Shown here: positions 13,200 to 24,266 of the stretch, in pieces | Layout of the letters: every line of letters begins with the position of its first letter | Numbering within the stretch: position 1 is the first letter of the stretch | Assembly (NCBI GenBank): GCA_973895155.1 | Contig: OZ316891.1 | Location: 31,007,112 to 31,071,111, forward strand | Direction of reading: 5' to 3' | Source: Marsupella aquatica | Taxonomy: Eukaryota > Plantae > Marchantiophyta | DNA length: 64,000 bases | Notes under the pieces: generated by a model | Told to the model about the DNA's origin: nothing | The model's database searches: none | What the model saw: only the letters and a program-made list of their open reading frames with translations | Made by a program: the position numbers and the translations under genes

Positions 13200-14190
13200 G
13201 AGGTGGACCAAGAGCTGTTGCTGATCGCGCTTAAATTGTCAAAGAGATTTTTGATGCAGAAATAAGGACAATTGACTGCAGGGGCGGGATATAGGCTTAG
13301 GGTTTAAGGTGACATGGCTGCTTGTTTTTCTCCTGGGGGCAGAAAGTCAATATGCCCTCAGAGGTACCTTCAGAGGCGGGAAAATGTTTGGTGGCATTCC
13401 AATCTTTATCTGTGGAATCTCTGAATTCAGTTGCTGAATTTTGTGGTCAAATTGGACTGAGGAGAGTAGATGCAGTGTGGTCAATTCGGGAGGGCTATTG
13501 GCTTTCGGTGCCGGAATGATTAGACAGAGTAAGAGGGATTGATCAGGCGCTTAGAACTCTTTGTCATAGAGTGATCGGAGCGATCTCCTCTGCCAGATTG
13601 TCTCTTGCTTAGGCCTAAAGGATCAGGGATGAATAGACTAAATAGGATATGGGGAGGCACAAGGACTAAAAGAGAGTGGAGCAAACTTTGGCTTAATCTG
13701 TGGACACTTGATATCTCTACACGTGCAAAGATATTCTTATGGCAGATCATTACTCATGGTCTCTTCTCTGGAGTGAGGGCACTGAAAATCGGAAAAGGAA
13801 CCGGGAAATGCTTGTTGTGCCATGACGCTTGGGAATCAATTCCACATATCTTCTTTGAGTGCAGGCATGCTAGGCAATGCTGGCAAGTAATTGATACAGG
13901 ACTCTATCAATGGCTGGATGGTTCAACTCGCCCTATGTGGCACTTCTCCCTTTGCTGGACTCCATGGTAGGAAAGACTGTATGTGCACATTGAAGGCCTT
14001 CATTCTGTATCAAGTTCTGTGGACGATCTGGCTGGGAAGGAATGAGCAGACATTTGATCATCGGAAGTGACAAAGCTTTGACCTGACCCTTGTATTATCA
14101 GAGGTTTCTGACATGTTGTATGCAGCTGGAGGGTCCTTAACACCCAGGTCGGAAACACACCCGGCTGCTCCAAGCCAAAAACATTGTCTA
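13200..14190 (+). pseudogene. Degenerate 3' fragment of an L1-type LINE ORF2 (zf-RVT region)
   Basis: ORF 13605-13970 reads LWTLDISTRAKIFLWQ...KCLLCHDAWESIPHIFFECRHARQCW, the CCHC zf-RVT motif of plant LINEs; stops and frameshifts around it; boundaries approximate. Confidence 0.8.
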
Positions 14191-14199
14191 ATACCTTAC

Positions 14200-14585
14200 T
14201 ACTTTACCTTTCCTTGACATGTTTGTCTCATCTCACCATTTTTTTCACATGACATCTTTATCCCCACAACATTTTTGTCTCACCCTTGACATCTTTTTTC
14301 TCTTTGACATCTATTTCTTTCCTTGACATCTTTTTTCACTTGGCTTGATATCTTTTCCTCACCACATCTTTTCTCACCTCCACATCTTACCTTTTTCTCT
14401 CCTTGACAATTGTATCTCACCACAACATCTTTTCTGCACCTTTGATAACTTTTCCCTGTTCTGACATATTTTTCTGTCTTTACATATTTTTCTCACCTCA
14501 ACAATTCTCTCATTGACATCTTTTTCATTGTAACATCTTTATTCACCTCAACATAATTTGTGCAACGCACGCAGCATCGGGCTAG
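14200..14585 (+). mobile_element. Non-autonomous Helitron 3' region
   Basis: GACATCTT array, hairpin GTGCAACGCAC 14560-14570, CTAG 14582-14585 followed by T. Confidence 0.8.
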
Positions 14586-16273
14586 TATTACATAGCTATG
14601 CATTAAGTTTCACAACACATTTAGGCTTTTCTCACACTTTAGTGGGAAGGCCTTTACTCCACAACTCATGAGAGTGTTTGACTAGATTTGTCCTGTTCAA
14701 TTACGCAACCCTCTCAAGCATTGAAATGCTAGGGCATGGAGTGTAGCATTCACACAACAATTTCAAGTATCGAAGCTAGAATATAGGTACATCCGGGCAA
14801 ATAACATGCTACATTCTTTCTTGCCAAATGCTTCAGGTTAGATGCACAGGTTGTTCTCAATGTTTTTTATTCTTTCATTTAATGGGCAGTTCAATGTTTT
14901 CTGAGAATGTTTTCTATTCAATTTCGGCCTTCAATCCTTGGGGGTGGGCAATGTACATAAGTATGCAATAGCCATATTCTGGTCCATGGATAGGACCAAG
15001 AGGAGATATGCTCCAAGAATGAAGGAGTTCTGGGATTCCACCAGTGAGTAAAAGGTAATAGTCAGCAACTAGTGTTGTTCAATGACAGTGGGCATGCAGG
15101 TTAAATGCCCCTCAGTAGAGACACCCATGGGAAGCACTCATTCACGAGAAATACACCCTTTTTCTTGTTGTTTGCCACATGACGAATCTGGATGTCTCAC
15201 ACTCAGGTTTTTTTTTTTAATATGAGTCTCTCCTGTCAGTCGTTAGGTTTACTTAAAATGCGTGTCACCTCAGTGCTTAAGTGGTGCATCTCTGTCGTTG
15301 ATGCTTCTGGGTACTTTCTTTCAGCATTTTCTCATCTCAGAGCTCTCCTCCATCTGAAGACACATCAACTTTAAGTACATACACAGGGACATGGCTCGGG
15401 TACCCAAGTGTAGACAAGGCTCAGAATCGACTAATGAGGGAGCTTTCATATCCGACGAGACACTACTCACACAAATTTGATAAAGGTTTGTATGGTTGTT
15501 TATAATCAGCTGCCTGTCTATTGAGAAACAATTTCCATCTTTGATAAGAACATCTAGGCAAGCCAGGTGTGTGATCGAGGTTTATGTAAACTAGTCAGGT
15601 GGCTGCCCACATAATGACCTTCTCCGGTTGAAAATGTTGCCTACACACCTCAAACCCACTGACGACGATAACTCTAAATCTATTTGGGAGATACTTTGCC
15701 GTGGCCTTCGTTCCGATCATGCAAGCAACTGCGCAACTGCCAGCCAGCTTTCAGTTCTACAGCCAGGATGGTTGGCACAGATTTCATACTCTAACACTCG
15801 TTCGGTTTTATGACAGATGCCAATCTAGGAGGCTCCTTCGTAGTTTCTAGGAGGTATGTCGCAGCCAGGACGTGAGCTTCGTACCCCCTTGCTTGTCAAA
15901 GTGCCTGACAAACACTCAGTACAATCTCCGAAAAGAGGACATACCAAAGGAATCTGTGTCCTGAAAACATGTACCCCAGTGTGATGGTAAAAACCATTGA
16001 CAATAAGATGAATCTCGTAAAATTAAAGAACATGTTTCTGAACGGTAGGTTCTGAAGATCTTGGAACACCCAAAAATCCCAGTCTACTGCCCGCTCTGCA
16101 GTCACATCACAGACGGTAAATTCTCCGTGGCAGGCAGACGTCTCTTGGTTGCCCTGGTGTGAACTTAGAGAGACGTATACTCGTCATTTGATTCCATGTA
16201 CTGCGGAAAAGGATACATCTAGTCGAGTACAAGCACGCAATAAAGCTTATCTAGTTAAGACTTTTATAGAAGT

Positions 16274-16403
16274 ATATGCCCCTTCCATAGCACATGAAAT
16301 CGTGTTGTACGCACTCGTGCATTACGACTTGTAAGCAAGTATATGCTCCTTACATAGCAGATGAAATCAATGTTGTACGCAATTGTGGATTACGACATGA
16401 AGT
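16274..16403. repeat. Diverged tandem duplication of ~67 bp
   Basis: TATATGCYCCTTMCATAGCASATGAAATC..TGTTGTACGCA...GTGSATTACGAC twice. Confidence 0.75.
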
Positions 16404-18031
16404 ACGCGAAAGGAACGAAGGTGCTTGTGCAGAGAGTAACCATTATCCTCTAACTGGTCAATACGGTGCTTAGACAGCAGATTCGCCTCCTCGACGGACC
16501 ATATAGAAAGCATAAAAATACAGTATGGGACCCTGGATGACTTACCCTAGTGATATAGAGTCGTCCCTCTTGTACAGTCTTTCCCTGTATCATTGCATGG
16601 TCAGTACGAGAGCATGAAACAAGGGCAACTAACAGAAAACCTCGCTGGCCCAGTGGGATGAAGCTTCTGGTCGATCAGCCTGCTCTTTCCAAAGACAAAG
16701 AAAGAACACCAGAAGCAATAGGCCAACCATCCCTTGATCATTCCTTGCCATCTTCTGGTTTTCTCTGACGGCATGTCATGGAAAACTCTACAGGGTTACC
16801 CTTTATCCAGGTTACTTATCTACGCCACTACATTTGAGGTCCCTATTTCCCAGCTACATTTATTCCCCAAGCACAACCAGCCCTCTGCAGAGAGGGAGGG
16901 GATCACAAAAGTACGTAGTTGTGAAAACGGTTTAAACCTGCGTGAGGAACTATCGAAGCTATGCATAGACTGCAGCAAGCACTTCCTTACACATGATGCA
17001 CGACTCTCGTGGGGGAAGGACGCTATGAAATTGTAGGCTGGGAACAGGACTGTGGTCGTACTAGCGGTTTGAACAACAAACAGACATCATTGGCAAGGAT
17101 GCAACGCAAGGCCACCTGTAAAGTTTATTTTCTTCCGGTTATTTTCTTTTTATGGCGGGTGAGTGTTTCTTCAATTGTTTCTGATTTCTCACAAGATCTC
17201 TTAATATACGTTTAGGTAGTGCTACAGCTCTGGCATACTGCAATCCGTATGAGACACAGCTAAAAATAACGAGGCAATGTATATGCAGCAATCGCAGACA
17301 TTCATTTGATTGACGATCTCCCAGCTTGCCGTTCTCAAATCATTCTTTGACTACTTGCAAAGGATGACAACCCGCCTCTTCTACATTGCTGCACGTCCTT
17401 GTGAGTAAATACAAATAGAATAGCCACCCTTGGAAGCGAAACCCTGTTTGTAACGGTCAACACAATAGGTGAGGTACAATGTATTGGACTATCATATTTT
17501 TATCCTCCATAGGTTTTCACATTTCGACCCAGCAGTGCCTTGAATTCTTCGTGTGAGTTTGGAATTCAACCATCAGACTTAAAAAATACACATGCCTAAC
17601 AGTCTTACTTAAGAAAGGGTTGTGTTGAGCCAAGGATTCCAGCGCTAATGGTTAAATGTTCTGTTTTCATCGGTGATGCCTAGAATCCGCCACTGAATCA
17701 AGTATAGACATATGATCACAGCAGCAGCTGTCAGTCTTACAACCGCTAGAGCAACTGTACAAGAATATATTACAAAAAAGAGGCTATCTTTGTCAGAGCT
17801 ACTTATCGACGCATCATTGATATCACGGAGAGGAAGGGCGGGGCTGTGACTGTGATTACCTTGACCTTTGAGCTGCACCAAAGTCGGACAGATGCCGACC
17901 TTAAGGCATGTTGCTCCATCAAGTACATGAGAGGTCCAAGCACAGGTCAGCGGTGGTGCTTCGAAGAAATGTGTGGCTTTCAAAGTCATCACCAGTGTCC
18001 AAAGCCCAAGTCGTAATCTGAGACACCCCCA

Positions 18032-19331
18032 TTATCTCCAAAAAGCAAGGCGGGCTAGCTTGGCAGACAAAGATGTTTGAAGAGTGGGCGGGGAACCATT
18101 CTCAGGCAGGTCATCTAGGTTTTCTCTCCAAAATTTCAAGACATGCAAGCTCTCCTCCTCTGTTGACCTCTGAATAACTATACGTGAAGCGAACCCTTTC
18201 TTCTTCATGATCTGGCAGATCTCACCAGGATTGTTGGCGGTGAGAGTAAGGAGGTAAAACAAACCTTTACTTGACAAAAGCTCGTCAACAATAGCCAACA
18301 TGCGATTTATCACAGTTCGTCCGCGGTGTCCACCTGCCCATGATGATATTATACCTGCCATACCCACCTCATCTTCCGAGGTTGGAACATAAGGTGGGTT
18401 GAAAACTAGCACATCTATAGTCCCACTAACTCTCTTCTCCAACCCTGCCACCAAATTTGTTACCACGACATCTGCCTCCACTCCATGTGCAGCCAGAGTT
18501 TGGCAAGTCACATGTGCAGCTGCCTCGTTTATGTCCGTGGCTAGAAAGTGAGCATTGCACTCTGACCCCATCAACAGGGCTAACGATGTGATTACATATC
18601 CGCTGCCACAGCCGACCTCCAAACACAAATTTGGCTGCCGCTCCACGAGGTTCACCTTGTCAGCCAAGAGGGCATCCACTAAAGCAAATGAATCGTCACA
18701 CGGCTCGTAGACATCCGGGTGGCGAGCAGTCTGACCGATGGTGGCGATTCTCCGCCTTGGTGAATCCTGCTAGCACAATCCAACAGAAAGGACCAGGTTG
18801 AGAAAATCAGAGGTTTTTACCCTAGAATTGACTTCAAGGTCCACAGCTAATGGAGCAAGTTCCATGAGCGCCAAGTCGGGAACGTATGAATTCATAGTTT
18901 TGAAAATCCCGCATTGTGAGCCGTCAGTCATAGCCTACAAGCACAACGCCTTGGCAGGACAGGTCTAGGACGAGGGATGGCATCAATAACTTCCAGAGAA
19001 AGAACAGACGTTTATGCAAATGACAAATCTCCAACCCACCCTACGATGAGTTTGCTCAATGTCGTCCCTTAAACCCTCCTCAGGAGATATGGGAACAAAA
19101 ATAGGCTATATAAGGAAGCATATGCCATGGCAGGCAATCCTAGATTGCCATCAAGAAAACAAGCAACTACTTAGGTTTGCAATTCGGAAGCCGATTGATT
19201 GTAAATACACGACATACAAGGCTGTTTCGACGAGAAGAAATCTTGAGCTCGGTGATGCGCAGGGGGACACGAGTAGGTGGCTCATCTTGCACGTCGTCTT
19301 CTGATTTCTCCAATTCCAGCACGTACTCCAT
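18032..19331 (-). CDS. N6AMT1: N6AMT1/HemK2 (Mtq2) eRF1 N5-glutamine methyltransferase
   Basis: Main exon 18766-18032: HPDVYEPCDDSFALVDALL, CLEVGCGSGYV (SAM motif I), DVLVFNPPYVPT, WAGGHRGR. It starts after a CAG acceptor with no Met. Best in-phase upstream exon is 19331-19218 (MEYVLELEK...RRNSL, GTATGT donor); this first exon is inferred. Confidence 0.9.
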
Positions 19332-21124
19332 AATCCAAAGACACCAGTGTATAAGCTCGCATACCCACTTCTTGAATCCCCTCCTACCAAAAACCTGCGC
19401 GACAGGAATTCTTTCTGGTGGCAGTACTGCGCGAATGGGAATGCTCGCCCGCCGGATTAATTTTTCACTGCCTAAGTCTTCATTCTATGAACATACAACC
19501 TCAGAGGAACCCTGTTGCAGCTACAATATCTAATATGAGCATGAGTTGAAAAAAAGCCGTAGAGCGTAGCTGGCGTGACCAACAAGCAAAAGGACAGATT
19601 CAGAAGCGTCTGCAACTAGTGAAATCCGTATCCTTCTAAAAAACTAGAAAAACGATACCTGAACGAAGTCTGGTTATCTCTCAGCGAGGAAAGCTTGTCT
19701 GCTTTCACAAAAGGACCCTAAAACCTTGCGGCAACCAAAGTGGGCTCCACTTTTCACCTGAACCAAAACCAACAACCAGTAAGAACAAGACCGCTATGAA
19801 CAAGGCATTCCCTAGAGGATCATCGTGAAGAGACCTCCCAACAAGGTACGGACCGGATCGAGGACATCATTTTGCTACTGATGAATTGAGCTTACATTGC
19901 TAACATTTCGAAATGTTGCTCCATCCATCTAACAATAAAGAGACACAAATTGTAAAGAGTCTGCGCAATTAGACGCAATTGGCAGCCTACGCAAACATGC
20001 TGCTTCAACGACTCTCTTCCTGCATCAGAATCTCCTTCCCAGACACAACCGCAGCCTTATAACCCTAAATCAGCAGTCTCATTCTTGGAGAGCAGAATTT
20101 CATCTCTGTCCTAAATGATAATTCACGCTACTTTAATTCTCCCTCGTTGGTCAAATTCCATATCAAGATATTGCAATTTCATTCTTGCAAGGTCACAACT
20201 CACAACGCTGAGCCAAGAACATCCGATCTGGTTTCACTCACTGCCCCTCGTTACCGCCTGGACCCACAACAGTCTTTCAAAAGACCAAATAACCAATATT
20301 GCCTACATTCATATCGGGCCAAATCTGTCTCCCAGAAATTACAACAATTCGTGCACTTCACCTCAATCTCTCTCAACTAACTAGAGGATCACCACCCGGC
20401 GACATTTATTGCAAAACCGTAAAGCCCAAAGCACGTACAGTAGATGACGAATTCTCAAAACAAGTTGGCTCCGGTGGGAAATCCGACCACATCAAGAAAA
20501 GCGGTTGACAGAACAGTCCACGAACGTTTGTAAGCACATCTTTTCACACAATTCATTCCTACAACCGTGTGAGATCCGGTCGAACTGTGCAAAGCAAGAG
20601 GGGCCCATTATCCAAACAGACAACTACTCCGTCACAAGCCGCCTCAACTTCCAACAATAGCGAGTTTCGGAGTTCGGACATGCCTGCCTTCCGTCCTGCC
20701 TGCCAGTGCCTGCCTCGGCTCTTCCCTGAACACTGGAGATAGTCCTCGACCGATCGGATTGGGCGTGGAAGATCCCAGCAGCAGCAAAGTTGAAGTCGTC
20801 AGAAATTGCCAGAACAGCTCCTGTAAGAAAATAGAATTAGTTCTCTGATGGGCCAAGCGGCCGAGTGAAGCAGGACAGGCGGAACCCTCTTCCGTTGGCT
20901 ATGGCAGCATCCATTAGGGAATGGCTCATGCAATCAAATCAGCCCTCCCGCCTGCACACGATAGGATGATGGTCCTCTGCGAATTGGTAGCGCGCCTTCA
21001 ACGGTGACTCTTTGCCTAATTGCCTGGGAGGGGTGCTTTTTTAAGTGTACTAAAAAGCACTGCTGTTCTACCTACTTTAGAATTAGAATTAGAATAAATA
21101 TGAAATGAAATACAAATGAATAGT

Positions 21125-21230
21125 AAACGTTTGCTCTTTTGGTCTTCTGCCTACTATAGAATAGAAACCGTTGCTCTTTTGGCCTTCTGCCTACTTTAGA
21201 ATAGAAAACGTTTGCTCTTTTGTTTTTGCC
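21125..21230. repeat. ~41-bp tandem repeat (about 2.5 copies) upstream of N6AMT1
   Basis: AAACGTTTGCTCTTTTGGYCTTCTGCCTACTWTAGAATAGAA units. Confidence 0.8.
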
Positions 21231-21819
21231 TTTTTTTTGCCTCGAAAGCCCATAGAGGTTCTACTTTGGAGTATGCCCACTTTAGGGTAGTCCATGAGGG
21301 GAATAATTCCCCGGGGCCAGACCAGGAGGGAGAGAGGGTTGAACCAGGGCCCTAAAATGGGCCAGATAGGGGCTGTGGAGAAACCAGTATTCCCACCACT
21401 ACACCCCACCCACATATGCGCAGTGTCACACATCCCCGCCACACCCCTTGCGTGTGGAAGGGAGACCGGGACCAGAATGCCTTAACTTGTAACTTTATCA
21501 ATTTAAAGTTACAAATTGGGGCAAAAAGTACAATTGTGAATGTGTGCATCACTATGTGAAGGGCCATACATCGAGTGCAATGTTTTAGGGTTTGACCCCC
21601 TAATTTATAAGTGATTTTTTGTTGTTGCAAAACCCTTTCTTTCTTTAAATTTTGCCATTTTTAACCAAAAAACCTCTAAAAACTTTAAAAGAAAGTATTT
21701 TTCACAATTAAATATGCTTATGTGTTCTCTAAAGCCGATCATTCAATAAAACATGTCCTATGTGTTCTTCCACAAAACTTTGGAAGTCTTCCGCCACACC
21801 CATTTAAATGGGCTTATAC

Positions 21820-22114
21820 GTCTTGGGTGAAATGACACCTTTTTTCTTACAACATCGTTACCTTCACGATATCTTTGGCGCATTGACATTTTTTTTGTAA
21901 TGACATCTTTCACATAATTGCATGTTGGGCGACACGACAGTTTTTTCTTAACAACATCTTTAACGGCATCTTTGGCAAAACATCTTTTTTTCTTAATGAC
22001 ATCATTTTACTTTGTGACATCTTTCACATAACGACATCTTGGACAACACAACATTTTTTTTCCCCGCTTTTTTCTTAACAAGATCTTTTGTGCAATGCAC
22101 GGGTATTGAGCTAG
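21820..22114 (+). mobile_element. Non-autonomous Helitron 3' region
   Basis: GACATCTT array, GTGCAATGCAC 22090-22100, GGGTATTGAG, CTAG 22111-22114 followed by T. Confidence 0.8.
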
Positions 22115-22619
22115 TTAGTTATAAATATCTGTGATACTATATTGGGCAACTTAGTTTGAAGATTCCTAAACTTGTTAATATTTGCTAGTCTAACACTATA
22201 ATATCTGATGCCGCCCTTTTTTCATTTTCGTTCGTTTACGAAATCAGCAGTGGGCGGGAGTGATCCATGGGGGTTAGATTCTTTCACTGTTTTTTAGAGC
22301 CGTTCGATCGCGAATAGGATTGTGTCCAGGCGCGCAAGGCTGTTGCAAGGCCCCTTGCTTGCCACGCCTGTACTCCAGGCGTTTTATGCTCCACTGTTTC
22401 AAAACGTACTTCTGCCCTCGCCCACCACAGGCTGGACATGTCAGCATCACTCGCGGAAGTTTACTCCAGGCATTTTACTCGGATGATGACTTGGTCATTT
22501 GAATCCGGGTTTGAATCCTCCTGCCGTCGCCGACCATAGCTTGGACATGTCAGCATTGTTGGGGGCATTTGACTCCAGGCATTTTAGTGAGATACACTCC
22601 TGACTCCACGGCCATTTGA

Positions 22620-23300
22620 ATCCTTCTCATGGGCCACAGGCGAAAGAGGCGCTCCCTCCCCATGCACTCCCGATGTGCTCCCTCCCCAAGGGCTCCCGAT
22701 GTGCTCCCTCCTGCATACGCGTGCGCTTCCTCCCCCCTCCCATGCGCTGCCTCCCATGGCCACTGGGCGAATGATGGCCTGCGCTCCCTGCCCCTTCAAA
22801 ACCCCTTCCCCATGCGCCTGCGCTCCCTCTTTGGCTCTCCCCTTCCTCCTTCCCCATGCGCGGCAGGCTGCCCTGGCCTGCGCTCCCTGCCCCTCAATCC
22901 CCCTTCCCTATCCGGCTCTCCCCCTCCCCATGTGCCTGCGCTGTGGCCTGCGCTCCCTCTCCGGCTCTCTCCTTCCCCATGCGGCCATGCGCCTGCGCTT
23001 GCCTGCGATGGCAGGCTGCCCTGGCTCCTCCTTTTGCCACCTGCCTCGCCCCCAAAACCCCTTCCCTGTTCCCCATGCGCTCTCCCCTCCCCCATGCGCT
23101 TGCTCGCCTGCAATGGCAGGCTGCAATCGCTCCTCCATTCGCCACCTGCCTCGCCCCCTCTTCCCTTTGCATGCCTTGCCTTCCCTTCCCTTCCCTCTCG
23201 CTTGCCTCGCGAGGTCGACACTCACCTGGGCCTGACATCGCCAGGCAGACCGCCCGACACCCTCTCAGGACCTGACCTTGTCGACTAGATCGACACCCTC
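22620..23300. repeat. GC-rich, pyrimidine-skewed degenerate repeat in the Helitron leader
   Basis: Recurrent CCCCATGCG, GCCTGCGCTCCCT and GGCAGGCTGC blocks; produces many spurious overlapping ORFs. Confidence 0.8.
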
Positions 23301-24266
23301 TCGGGACCTGACACTGAGTTGCCATTGCACCCGAGCCTGGACTCACACGGTAACTACTTGCGCACGCCCTCCATTCTCGCGCATAAATTAGTCCAGGCGC
23401 GGCGCGGCGCATCGTCAAGTGTACCTTGGCATCGATAGTGGCTTGACTTGTACGTGTTCATGCTCGAGTATTTTTGGGTTGGAGGCCAAAAATACGTGGC
23501 GAGAGGTGGTCCGGGGGTGGCAGCACCCCAGAAGTATATATAAGGGGACCTGACTATAAGAGTTGAGCAAAAATGGCCAGACCACAGTGAGCAAAAACGG
23601 ACAGATGATGGGAGCATATGGGAACCTGCCAGAAAATGGAAAACGACGACCACACCCCGAGGCGGTATGGGACCCGGCCAAACATGGGGTGAGGACCACG
23701 AAATGAGTTTGTGATTGTGTCGGCAATTTTGGGGGGCAGATTTTTTGAGGGATCCTCATGGGGTGGCCGACATAAGAATTTGTGGGACCTCTACTTTTTT
23801 GGGTGATCCGGGGGCGATCACCATGGGATGTGGCCGTCAACAAAAAATTTGGGGAGCCCCTCTAATATTTTTGGGTGACCCCCACTATTTTTGGCCCTTC
23901 TTTTTTGGATGATCCGGGGGGAAAATGGGACACAGGCACTGTGATCATTTTGTGGTGCTTGCATCAGCCAATGCCTGCTAAGTGGATACCATAGGGGCAA
24001 GAGACGTCCTGGAAGCAGGATGATTGCCACAAAGGTTGGGAGGGCGAGACGAGGGACTGCGGTAGGCGATATCTTTCACAGATATCGGGTCTCCTCACAT
24101 GTCTCAAGTCTCTTGCAAAGGTGTGGCCCAGCCGGCGTTCAACATACTTAGGGGTCTGTTAGCTTGATTGCGGGTGCATACAAAATTCTCATAGGTTTTG
24201 TGGGTTGGATGCAGACAATGACGGGGCTTAAGAGAGAACCTGGACCATGAGGACCCCACGCGAGAG

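Noticed and set aside
287-19331. Functional gene cluster of Gln-related translation factors (mnmG, tRNA-Gln, N6AMT1)
   Set aside because: Products act in different compartments and are separated by 12 kb of TE DNA; no evidence beyond thematic coincidence
22584-23418. Pro-rich and Gly/Arg-rich ORFs in six frames
   Set aside because: Artefacts of a GC-rich low-complexity repeat; no recognisable domain
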